From the NCBI GenBank assembly GCA_048270185.1, contig JBLWTJ010000001.1, positions 1,568,001 to 1,632,000 on the forward strand: a stretch of 64,000 nt of DNA. Direction: 5' to 3'. This document shows, piece after piece, positions 49,817 through 59,180 of this stretch. Every line of letters begins with the position of its first letter. The first letter of the stretch is position 1. A program made the translations under genes and the position numbers. The notes below the pieces were generated by a model that saw nothing but the letters and a program-made list of their open reading frames with translations, was not told the DNA's origin and did no database searches. This DNA comes from Bacteriovoracaceae bacterium. Its GTDB lineage: Bacteria > Bdellovibrionota > Bacteriovoracia > Bacteriovoracales > Bacteriovoracaceae.

Positions 49817-50890
49817 GTATTGCATTATTCTTTTTGGGCTAAACATAATATTAGTTAGCACATCACATTCATGACGACAGAAACATTGGTTATTAATAAT
49901 ACGACCTTGAATTAATTTAGCACGATCAGACTTAACTAGTTCTTTTATGCTCATTCCATTAGAAACATTGCCAATAACACTATCTTTTTTTTCTGAAAGC
50001 ATCAGTGTCTCACATGGATAAATATCCCCATTAAAATTCAAAACTAGTCTTAATGAGCCTGAATAACATATAAGCCCAGAAAACTTGTTCGTTTCAAAGA
50101 CACGAGTTATATAATCAGCGCAAATGTCATCAAAAAACCTCAATAATTTCACAACTGGATTCATAGTCTTTTGAGCAAACTTGCTAATATGATTTTGAAG
50201 CTTCTTATAAATTGAAATATCGACATCTAATTCACTCTCATCAAGAGCTGAATTTCGCGCGAGAGAAACAGAGATATAGTCAGGGCCAAATTTACTTTGA
50301 GCACTATCATAGATATCAATAACGTGGGATTGGTTTGATGCTGTTTGAGTTACAATAAAGCCAATTAGTAAGTTCGGATACTTCATTTGTAGGTCTTTTA
50401 ATCCAGCATATGTCTCACAAAATTTCCGATAGGTATTCCTAACTCCAAAGAAGTCATCTGTTTTATCATTTGACTCTAAAACAGACATACTAATGTTAAC
50501 TTGCGTTAAAGGACATGATTTTAAAATTTCCTCAGTATCAGATAAGACTTTCTTTGTTAAAGTAGCATTTGTTGGAATCGATATATAAAGAGGTTTTGAG
50601 TGTTTGTAGATTGTCTTGACTACATCAACGAAGTCAGGACGAACAAAAGGTTCTCCACCAGAAAATAAGAGACGCATAAGATTAGGTGATTTCTTAAAAG
50701 CTGAATCCACTTCTTCTAAAGTTAAGTCACTGACAACATTATTTAATTCCTCATGATAGAAGCAATGAGGGCAAGTAGCATTACACTTACTTGTCACAAA
50801 ATAGGTTAATTCCACTGGAGTATTTTTAAAAATCATGGATTTTGATAAAAGAATATGACGATAAAGTCGGTATAAACTAACCAGCTTCAT
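49802..50890 (-). CDS. Radical SAM protein with SPASM/twitch domain; paralog of 34861-35958
   Basis: 'CNATCPHCF', 'SGGEPFVR', 'CYSG....NFNGDIYPCE...CFCRHEC'. Confidence 0.9.
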   Translation of the reverse strand: MKLVSLYRLYRHILLSKSMIFKNTPVELTYFVTSKCNATCPHCFYHEELNNVVSDLTLEEVDSAFKKSPNLMRLLFSGGEPFVRPDFVDVVKTIYKHSKPLYISIPTNATLTKKVLSDTEEILKSCPLTQVNISMSVLESNDKTDDFFGVRNTYRKFCETYAGLKDLQMKYPNLLIGFIVTQTASNQSHVIDIYDSAQSKFGPDYISVSLARNSALDESELDVDISIYKKLQNHISKFAQKTMNPVVKLLRFFDDICADYITRVFETNKFSGLICYSGSLRLVLNFNGDIYPCETLMLSEKKDSVIGNVSNGMSIKELVKSDRAKLIQGRIINNQCFCRHECDVLTNIMFSPKRIMQYLFKV

Positions 50891-51905
50891 TTACTCTCCA
50901 ACGAAAAAACAATTTCTTTGAAATAGTCACAGCAAGGCCAAAGGCAACCCCTAGGCCAATGACAAAGTAGTCTATAGGAAGAAAGAAGACACTTAGAAAA
51001 TAAGTTCTGATTTTTGAATTATTGAGAATATATTTTAAAAAACTAAGATTTAAAAAATAGATTATACTTAAGAATGTGACTGACCAGAGTATAGGGAGAA
51101 GGAACAAGCTTAAAATTGTTAATGCACAAAAGAGTACCGATAATATTTCTCGATTCCCAGTATGATCAAATCCTTCACCTTTACTAAGATTTCTAAATAT
51201 TAATTTATTAAATAAGAACTGGACACGATCAGCGGAGCGTTCAAAGTCATTCTTTAATAACCCCTTTACAGTTAACTCTTTTAAGTGATCACCGCTAAAA
51301 TTAAGTTTCAGCTTTAATTTCTTATTCACTCTCAGGGCCCGTAGACCAAATTCAAGATCTTCAACTGAGGCCTTTTTAAAGTCTGAATTGAAACCACCTA
51401 TTTCTTCAAATGCTTTCTTTGAGATAGAAAAGATAGCACCGTGACAAATATGTGTATCATCCCCTAGTTGTTCATGGAGAAAGACACTTCTTAGATGAAA
51501 ATATATCGATGAGAAATTCTCGTAGTAAGACTTCTTATTATAGAAGCCAACTATTGAATCACAATTTTCTACGGCGTAGTACTTTCGAAGCTTTTCTATA
51601 GCGTCATCATTTAGTGCGATATCAGCATCCAAGAATAATAGATACTTTCCACGGGCCAATGAAGCCCCCTTATTACGCCCGAAAGCTGGCCCTTGATTTT
51701 GTTCATTACGATAGATTCTAATATTTAAATTTGATTTCGGTATTTGGACAGGAAAATCACTACAGTCATCAATTATGATGATTTCGAATAACCACTGAGA
51801 TCTAATCCGATCTAAAGATTCGATTGATTTTCTAAGTGTATTATCACAATTATAGGCAGGGATAATAATCGATAGGTCAAAACTCATTACTGAAAGTCGA
51901 TCCAA
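50877..51905 (-). CDS. GT2 glycosyltransferase with C-terminal membrane helices
   Basis: 'LSIIIPAYN', 'IDDCSD', 'GPAFGRN', 'FLDADI', 'IGGFN....VEDLEFG'. Confidence 0.9.
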   Translation of the reverse strand: MDRLSVMSFDLSIIIPAYNCDNTLRKSIESLDRIRSQWLFEIIIIDDCSDFPVQIPKSNLNIRIYRNEQNQGPAFGRNKGASLARGKYLLFLDADIALNDDAIEKLRKYYAVENCDSIVGFYNKKSYYENFSSIYFHLRSVFLHEQLGDDTHICHGAIFSISKKAFEEIGGFNSDFKKASVEDLEFGLRALRVNKKLKLKLNFSGDHLKELTVKGLLKNDFERSADRVQFLFNKLIFRNLSKGEGFDHTGNREILSVLFCALTILSLFLLPILWSVTFLSIIYFLNLSFLKYILNNSKIRTYFLSVFFLPIDYFVIGLGVAFGLAVTISKKLFFRWRVNEAG

Positions 51906-53359
51906 GTCTTCTTTGTAAAGAAGTGCTGAATGGCCCTTGCAATATTTTTAAGAATCATCCTTGCACCAGACTTGGCACAATAAACAAGATTACTTAGGGA
52001 GCTCGAATGAAGAATAATATGTCTAAAAATAATATGTGGTCTTAAATAAAATTTAAAGAAAGCACGACGTCTCATGGCCTCTAAATCTGCGGTTGTAAAC
52101 CCATCAGGAATATAAACAGGGATACTTGCACCCTCTGCAACCTCATGCCAAATCTCGTCACTAAACTTCCCTTCTTTAACACCAGCTTTAAAAACGGCAG
52201 ACCCAGGAAGAGGACTAATCATATTTGAATCGAAGATATCCGGATCAAGGGCCACTAGATAGTCAATCGTATCGTACATATCCTGCTTCGTTTCAGTAGG
52301 AAAGCCAAAGAGAATATATGTAATCGTAAGCATATTATACTTTCTTAGAATTTTAATTTTCTCAACGGCCTTAGGAAGGTTTAAGTTCTTCCCCATGGTC
52401 TTTTGAATTCTCTTTGAACCAGTTTCAATACCGAATTTCATATTGAGACAACCGGCTTCACGAGCAAGCCTTACAAGGTTTTCGTTTACACAATCAATAC
52501 GCGTTTCTACACCCCATTTAATTTTAAGGCCACGTCTTATAATCTCTTCACAAAGCTCACGAGTGTGCTTGACGTTTAGACTGAAGATATCATCTTTAAA
52601 GTCAATGTACTCAAAACCTTGAGCAACTCTTAATTCCATCTCATCCACAATATTACTTGGGCTTCGAAAGTTAAACTTTCCTAAATGCGTCAGTCCACAA
52701 AACGAACAACTAAAAGGACATCCACGCGATGCTACCATTGTCGTTGCTTTATATGTGTAGAGTGGAAAACTATAATCTTCTGCTGGAAGTTTCTGTATAT
52801 CTGGAAATTTAAACTTATCTAATTCTTTTTCAGATGCTGGAATAACACTATCTACAAATGGATGATCTGCGTGAAAAAGTCCTGCTGATTCAGGCTTACG
52901 ATTTTCAACGATACTATCTGCTAATTCAATAATGGCCGCTTCACCGTCACCACGCACGCCAAAATCGGCTTTCATATACTTAACAGACTTTGGACTGTGA
53001 GTGATATGTGGACCACCTAAAACAATCTTCGCTTCCGGATTAATTTCTTTAATTAACTTTATTAAGTTATTAGCTCCACGAATACAAAATGATGTGAAAG
53101 AAACACCGACTAGATTTGTTTTATAACTTGATAGATGTTCTTCAATTTTTTCGCGTAATTGATAATCCGTCCAACAATCGATTACCTTTGATTCATAACC
53201 AACTTCGCCAAGAGCAGCAGAAAGATAGAGAATACCTAGAGGTGGATAGTGTTGATCATTAAATTGTCCAGCTTCGAATAATTTATTATCCTCATCCAAA
53301 GTTTTTGGATGGGCCATAAGTAGTAATATTCCTAGCTCGCTCTTATTCATCTGGCTCAT
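51887..53359 (-). CDS. B12-binding-domain radical SAM protein
   Basis: 'YPPLGILYL', 'LGGPHIT', 'GDGE', 'SRGCPFSCSFC', 'GIETGS', 'PLPGS'. Confidence 0.92.
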   Translation of the reverse strand: MSQMNKSELGILLLMAHPKTLDEDNKLFEAGQFNDQHYPPLGILYLSAALGEVGYESKVIDCWTDYQLREKIEEHLSSYKTNLVGVSFTSFCIRGANNLIKLIKEINPEAKIVLGGPHITHSPKSVKYMKADFGVRGDGEAAIIELADSIVENRKPESAGLFHADHPFVDSVIPASEKELDKFKFPDIQKLPAEDYSFPLYTYKATTMVASRGCPFSCSFCGLTHLGKFNFRSPSNIVDEMELRVAQGFEYIDFKDDIFSLNVKHTRELCEEIIRRGLKIKWGVETRIDCVNENLVRLAREAGCLNMKFGIETGSKRIQKTMGKNLNLPKAVEKIKILRKYNMLTITYILFGFPTETKQDMYDTIDYLVALDPDIFDSNMISPLPGSAVFKAGVKEGKFSDEIWHEVAEGASIPVYIPDGFTTADLEAMRRRAFFKFYLRPHIIFRHIILHSSSLSNLVYCAKSGARMILKNIARAIQHFFTKKTWIDFQ

Positions 53360-53454
53360 ATTGTTAGCATCTTATTTGAAATCATGTTATATATAACTAT
53401 ACATTAAGTTTAGTTTATTTCTTACTATTTTGCTAACTTTTGACAGAGATGTGT

Positions 53455-54939
53455 ATGGTTGACCTAATACTTATACGTACTTACCGACCAATGGAAGAAG
53501 AGTACGGAGAGATGTCTGATTTCGTAGCTGTCGAGATCGCTAATGGTATATGCTGGTTAGCCGCCGTCGCACGTGAAGACGGCTTTAAAGTGGAAATAAT
53601 CGACGCTGAGGCCCTTCGCATTTCAAATGATGAAGTTATCGAAATTCTAAAACAAAAAAAGCCAAAAATAGTAGGCATTTACGCATGTACACCACAAATC
53701 TATGATGCTCACGATATCTGTGAAGAAGTTAAGAGATTTGCTCCAAATACAATTACACTAATTGGTGGGCCTCACCTAACCGCAGTACCAAAAGAAACCA
53801 TGGATCGACTTCCTGATTTTGATATTGGAGTCGTCGGCGAAGGTGAAGCGACTTGTAAGGAATTATTCACTGCCCTACTAACAGACCATGGAAAGAACCT
53901 AAGTGAAATTAAAGGACTAATTCTAAGAAAGAATGGTCACGTTGTCACAACAGGACCTCGAGATACAATTAGTGACCTCGACTCAATCCCTCTTCCGGCC
54001 TGGGATTTATTACCAGATCTTAAAAAATACTATATGGCCCCTGCCTATACAAGATCATCCGGAGCAACAGCTACAATTATTACTTCTCGTGGTTGCCCGG
54101 CCAAGTGTACTTTCTGTGACCGAAGTGTTTTCGGAAACTCTACAAGGTTTCACTCTGCAGACTATGTTATTAAAATGATCGAAACTCTTTATAACGATCA
54201 CGGTATTCGTCATATTCGTTTCTCAGATGACAACTTTCTTCTTAATCGACCAAGACTTAAGAAGGTATGTAATTATCTGATTGAAGAAAGACCAGATGTA
54301 ACTTGGTCATGTCTTTCTCGTGTTGATACAATACGCGAACCAATCATGCCTCTGATTCAAAAAGCTGGGTGTGTTGCTATTGCCCTCGGGATTGAATCAG
54401 GTAATCAAGAAATTCTAGATCTCGAGATGAAACGTTGTACTCTTGAACAGATGGAGACTGCAGTAGCACTATGTCGTAAGCATAAGATCAGCGTTATTTC
54501 ACTTAACATGCTAGGCCATCCAAAAGAGACACTAGAGACTATTAAAGAAACTGTCGACTTTAACAAGAAACTTAAAGTTGATGAGTTTAAATTAGAATTC
54601 CTTACACCATACCCTGGAACAGAACTATATAGAACGGCACACCTCTACGGTGAGTTTGATGATGACTGGAGAAAGTTTCATTCAATTAAAGAGCCGCTCT
54701 TTATTCCACATGGATTAACAAAAGAAGAGTTAATGAAAGCCTCTCAAATGGCCTATTTCTCTTTTTATACTCAACCAAGAATTATCTACGCTTACCTTAA
54801 AAAGCTCAGAAACTGGGCCATTATTAGGGCCATGTTCACAGCAGTGTACCTCTTACTTAAATGGAAATTATTGGCCATTATTCAACCACTAGATAAGAAA
54901 AGGGTAATTCCATTGAAATCTGGTGAATTAAATGAGTAA
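53455..54939 (+). CDS. B12-binding-domain radical SAM protein
   Basis: 'IGGPHLT', 'GEGE', 'SRGCPAKCTFC', 'GIESGN', 'PYPGT'; start could be 53449 or 53440. Confidence 0.92.
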   Translation: MVDLILIRTYRPMEEEYGEMSDFVAVEIANGICWLAAVAREDGFKVEIIDAEALRISNDEVIEILKQKKPKIVGIYACTPQIYDAHDICEEVKRFAPNTITLIGGPHLTAVPKETMDRLPDFDIGVVGEGEATCKELFTALLTDHGKNLSEIKGLILRKNGHVVTTGPRDTISDLDSIPLPAWDLLPDLKKYYMAPAYTRSSGATATIITSRGCPAKCTFCDRSVFGNSTRFHSADYVIKMIETLYNDHGIRHIRFSDDNFLLNRPRLKKVCNYLIEERPDVTWSCLSRVDTIREPIMPLIQKAGCVAIALGIESGNQEILDLEMKRCTLEQMETAVALCRKHKISVISLNMLGHPKETLETIKETVDFNKKLKVDEFKLEFLTPYPGTELYRTAHLYGEFDDDWRKFHSIKEPLFIPHGLTKEELMKASQMAYFSFYTQPRIIYAYLKKLRNWAIIRAMFTAVYLLLKWKLLAIIQPLDKKRVIPLKSGELNE

Positions 54940-56476
54940 CGTTACACTTATACGTACTTCTTTAGTGCTATGTAAGGACTCCGCTTCCACCCACCAAGGA
55001 ATGCCTCCACTGGGAGTTGCTTATATTGCAGCAACTCTTAAGCAATATCATGATGTAACTGTTATCGATGCCTACGGTGAAGCAATTAATGACTTCCACG
55101 ACTTTCACCATGGAAAGTATTTAATCAATGGTCTAACACCACAAATGACGATCAGAAGAATACCAAATAACACAAAAGTTATTGGTATCTCTTGCATGTT
55201 CTCTAACGAATGGATCTATGCCAAGTATCTTATCAAGCTTATTAAGGAAGAATTTCCTGAAGCTGATATCATCATCGGCGGTGAACACGTAACAGCAGAC
55301 TACGACTATATTCTTGAGACTTGTCCACAGATTACGGCCTGTGTGCTTGGAGAGGGTGAGGAAACAATACTTTCAACAGTCAATGCGCTTGAAAGAGGAA
55401 CACCTCTCGAAGATGTTTCAGGTCTTGCTTTTATGAAAGAAGGCGCAATTCATAAAACAAATGCACGTACACGTATTAGAAATATCAATGAAATACCATG
55501 GCCTGCGTGGGATCTCATTCCCCTAGAAAATTATCTCAGTGCTGGACTTGGATATGGAAACTACGGCAATCGCTCTATCCCAATTCTAGCAACACGCGGA
55601 TGCCCATATAAGTGTACCTTCTGTACTAATCCTCAAATGTGGGGAACGAATTGGAATGCGCGAGAACCAGAAGATGTAATCAAAGAAATTAAGTACTATA
55701 TTAAAACTTATAAAATCGATAGCTTCGAATTCTTCGACTGGGTTGGCATTATGAATCGCAAATGGATTATAGCCTTTGCCAGCCTACTTATAAAAGAAGA
55801 TCTCGATATAAAGTGGGCCTATCCTACTGGCTCACGAACAGAAGCTCTTGATAAGGAAGTTCTAACACTTTTAAAAGAATCTAAGATGCGCTTTATTATC
55901 TATCCATCTGAGACAGGTTCTAAAAAAACTGTTGATCGAATAAAGAAGAGAATCAATCTTAAGAAGATGAAGAAATCAATGCGCGAATGTGTGAAACTTG
56001 ATATTCCATGTGAAGCGACACTAATCTTTGGTTTTCCAGGACAGACGATGTTTGAGGTCCTTGAAAGTTACCTCTTTCTTATTCAATGTGCATTTATCGG
56101 CGTGCATGAAATGACATGTTTCTACTTTGTACCCTATCCTGGAAGTGAGCTTTTCTTCCAACTATTGAAAGAAAAGAAAATTAAAAGAGAAGAAGGAAAG
56201 TATGAAGAAATGCTAGTGGACTTTGTTTACAATAGACCTTTCTCATTTAAGTCGTGGTCAGAACACATTCCAACATTCTTACTACCATTTTTAACAAATT
56301 TTGGAATGGCCTTCTTTTACATGCTGCAATTTACAATGCGTCCACATCGACTTTATATCGCACTTAGAAATATCATCCAAGGAAAGCCAGAAGGATTTTC
56401 ACAATGTATTATCTACGGCCTCTATATGAATATCGTTAAAGGCAGACGCCGCGCTAAGGCTTCAATCCCTCTTTAA
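54932..56476 (+). CDS. B12-binding-domain radical SAM protein; close paralog of 39192-40736
   Basis: 'PPLGVAYI', 'IGGEH', 'TRGCPYKCTFC', 'PEDVIKEIKYYI' shared with the paralog. Confidence 0.92.
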   Translation: MSNVTLIRTSLVLCKDSASTHQGMPPLGVAYIAATLKQYHDVTVIDAYGEAINDFHDFHHGKYLINGLTPQMTIRRIPNNTKVIGISCMFSNEWIYAKYLIKLIKEEFPEADIIIGGEHVTADYDYILETCPQITACVLGEGEETILSTVNALERGTPLEDVSGLAFMKEGAIHKTNARTRIRNINEIPWPAWDLIPLENYLSAGLGYGNYGNRSIPILATRGCPYKCTFCTNPQMWGTNWNAREPEDVIKEIKYYIKTYKIDSFEFFDWVGIMNRKWIIAFASLLIKEDLDIKWAYPTGSRTEALDKEVLTLLKESKMRFIIYPSETGSKKTVDRIKKRINLKKMKKSMRECVKLDIPCEATLIFGFPGQTMFEVLESYLFLIQCAFIGVHEMTCFYFVPYPGSELFFQLLKEKKIKREEGKYEEMLVDFVYNRPFSFKSWSEHIPTFLLPFLTNFGMAFFYMLQFTMRPHRLYIALRNIIQGKPEGFSQCIIYGLYMNIVKGRRRAKASIPL

Positions 56477-57656
56477 AATAATTTTTAAGTTTAAATGCGA
56501 CAGACATCATACGAGCTTCACTAATTTTATTATGATTAGGAATAAAAAGAGCTTCTCTTTCAATTAACTTTGCATTTGGCAGATCATTATAAGAAATTAA
56601 ATAGCCGGCCCTAGTATCAATACCAAGTCTAATTAGATCAAATCGAGTTTTCTTAATATCATCGACTCTGATGACATAATTAAGATGGCTCGAAACTTTA
56701 ACTCTTTGATGTTTAATACCTAATTCATCAAAGACTTGATCTAAGATTTCACTATTTCGCTTTTGCCTTTTCATATTTTGAGAAAAGGATTTGAGATTCT
56801 TTAATGCTACTAAAGCAAAGAAAGGTGGTAATTTATATTCTATTGCTTTGATATCGACAGGTGTTGGCTTCTCAGTGACGATAGCATCAATGACTTGTGT
56901 CTTATTAAGAACGAGAAATCGCCATATGTAGACTGTTATGAGATTAAAAATAAAAGGTGATGTCGCAATATTAGAAACGATTCCTTTAATAAGAACTTTT
57001 AGATTATCTCCAAAAGATCTTTCTTTAAAATAAACAATCCTCTCTCTTGCAAAAGTATTTAATTCGCTATCATTTGTCAGTAGTACTCCACCACAAAAGC
57101 CAGAGATTGGCTTAGTAAGACTTAAGCTTGAAAAACTTGCCCAAATATTAGCGGAGTCTTCAGTAATAATACCAAGAGAGTGAGCAGCATCTTCAATAAT
57201 TGGGATAAATCTCTCATCTAGAAATGAAATGATATCCGCGTAGTCACAAAGACTCCCATAACTATTTGTCATGAGAACACAGAGAGTTTTATCAGAGATA
57301 AGAGTTTTAATTTCTTTATTTGAAATATTGAAAGTATCTTTTTCGATATCACTAAAGATAGGAACAAGTCCTAAGGCCTTGATCACTTCGGCCATCGCAA
57401 AGAAATTATAACTAGAAAGAATAACTTCATTCTTATCAGGATATTTATTCTTTAAGAATTCAAGGGCGAGAAAGAAACTTGCTCTAGCTGATCCAGTCGT
57501 TAGGACAAATTCTTTCTTTACAAGACTTGCAACAGCGCTTTCAAAATCCCTAATGAATTCAACTTTCTTTGAATTAAATATAAACTTTGTAATAACTCCC
57601 ATCCAATCAAGTGGTGAAAGATAGAGATTTACGCAATCACTTGCGACACGAGACAT
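56454..57656 (-). CDS. DegT/DnrJ/EryC1/StrS-family PLP-dependent aminotransferase
   Basis: 'IIEDAAHSLG', 'SLSLTKPISGFCGG' with the PLP lysine. Confidence 0.85.
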   Translation of the reverse strand: MSRVASDCVNLYLSPLDWMGVITKFIFNSKKVEFIRDFESAVASLVKKEFVLTTGSARASFFLALEFLKNKYPDKNEVILSSYNFFAMAEVIKALGLVPIFSDIEKDTFNISNKEIKTLISDKTLCVLMTNSYGSLCDYADIISFLDERFIPIIEDAAHSLGIITEDSANIWASFSSLSLTKPISGFCGGVLLTNDSELNTFARERIVYFKERSFGDNLKVLIKGIVSNIATSPFIFNLITVYIWRFLVLNKTQVIDAIVTEKPTPVDIKAIEYKLPPFFALVALKNLKSFSQNMKRQKRNSEILDQVFDELGIKHQRVKVSSHLNYVIRVDDIKKTRFDLIRLGIDTRAGYLISYNDLPNAKLIEREALFIPNHNKISEARMMSVAFKLKNYFKEGLKP

Positions 57657-57658
57657 AT

Positions 57659-59179
57659 TTAGACCTTTTTTAGATAACTTTTAAATTGCTTAATTTTAAC
57701 AGAAATAAATTGATCCATCACATCTTCTTCGCTGGCCTTAAAAATATTTCGAATACGGCGATATAGCCTGATTGGCCTAAGAGTATATTGAAGTGCAAAA
57801 AACGAGAAGACCATCGTCATTTGAACAATTATTAAATGCCAATTCTTATAACCTTCATTATAGCTCTTTGAAGAGGCAGAGGCCCTAAGCAGTGTCGATA
57901 AGAAATACTGACGATCAAAAGTTATAAGACCTTTATTAACTAATTCTTTATAGAGTGGACTTCCAGGATATGGAGTAAAAATCATAACTCCAACACCATG
58001 AGCTCCCCAAAAAGCTGTCTTTAAGACAAAGAGATAAGACATAAGCATATCCCTCTTACGCTCACCAGGCAGACCTATAATAATATTATTATTAACAATA
58101 ATTCCGGCCTTAAGTGACATCTTCATAGCATCAATAAGCTTATTAAGCTTTAAGCGCTTTTGGATCTTCTTTAAGATATAGTCTGATCCTGACTCAGGAG
58201 CAAAAGCAAAGTTACGACAACCGCTTTCATAGAGAAGCTGAGTTATTTCTTCATCAAAAGCTTCAATTCGAGAGCCTTGAGGTAATTGCCAAGAGACATT
58301 GATATTTCGTTTTTTAATAAGTGCAAAAAATTCTCTGATCCACTTCTTATTGATAAATGATGTTAGATCATTAAAGTCGATATTTTGAATTCCATATTCA
58401 TTTATATAACTTTCAATTTCATTTACGACGTTCTCAGGAGAGCGAGTATTATACTTGGTTGTCCACATATTAACTGATGAACAAAATTGGCAACGATAAG
58501 GGCATCCACGACTCATAATCATTGGAATTGAGCGGCCACGATTAACTCCCCCAGAAAAACGATTATCCCAATACGCTTTAAGATTAAACTCTTTCCAAGA
58601 CGGAAGAGGTAATTCATCAATCGACTTTATTCTTGCTCTCTTTTCAGTGTGAACAATATTTTCACCTAGAACAAAGGCAAGTCCTGCGATATGAGAGAAA
58701 CCAGAATCATTTCTTATGGCCATAACTAATTCATGAAATGTTTCTTCCCCTTCACCAATAACGATATAATCAACTTCAGGTAAGTTTCTTAGAATATAAT
58801 CAGAGAAAGAAGAAGCATTCTCTCCTCCTAGGACAATCTTTACCTCAGGTCTTACACTTTTAATTTCACGAACTAGTCTTTCAATGATGAGATATTCATG
58901 AAGATACATATTTGTAATTCCAACGATATCACAATCATGTGGAAGCATCTGTGCAATCTCTTCAACACTTAGGCCGTGTTCTAATAATTCGAAGCCAGGC
59001 ATATCAACGGCCTTAAATGATTTCTTCGATTCTCCAATAGCATCAATGACACTAACGCTGATATTTTTCTTCTCTAAGTATGAAGCAATATAAGCAAGCC
59101 CCAAAGGAGGGACGGGCCCATAATAACTAAGGGAATTTTTCGCAATCCAATTGGGAGGATTTATTAGAACAACTTCCAT
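57659..59179 (-). CDS. B12-binding-domain radical SAM protein
   Basis: 'PPLGLAYIA', 'LGGEN', 'GEGEETF', 'SRGCPYRCQFC', 'APESGS', 'PYPGS'. Confidence 0.92.
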   Translation of the reverse strand: MEVVLINPPNWIAKNSLSYYGPVPPLGLAYIASYLEKKNISVSVIDAIGESKKSFKAVDMPGFELLEHGLSVEEIAQMLPHDCDIVGITNMYLHEYLIIERLVREIKSVRPEVKIVLGGENASSFSDYILRNLPEVDYIVIGEGEETFHELVMAIRNDSGFSHIAGLAFVLGENIVHTEKRARIKSIDELPLPSWKEFNLKAYWDNRFSGGVNRGRSIPMIMSRGCPYRCQFCSSVNMWTTKYNTRSPENVVNEIESYINEYGIQNIDFNDLTSFINKKWIREFFALIKKRNINVSWQLPQGSRIEAFDEEITQLLYESGCRNFAFAPESGSDYILKKIQKRLKLNKLIDAMKMSLKAGIIVNNNIIIGLPGERKRDMLMSYLFVLKTAFWGAHGVGVMIFTPYPGSPLYKELVNKGLITFDRQYFLSTLLRASASSKSYNEGYKNWHLIIVQMTMVFSFFALQYTLRPIRLYRRIRNIFKASEEDVMDQFISVKIKQFKSYLKKV

Positions 59180-59180
59180 T

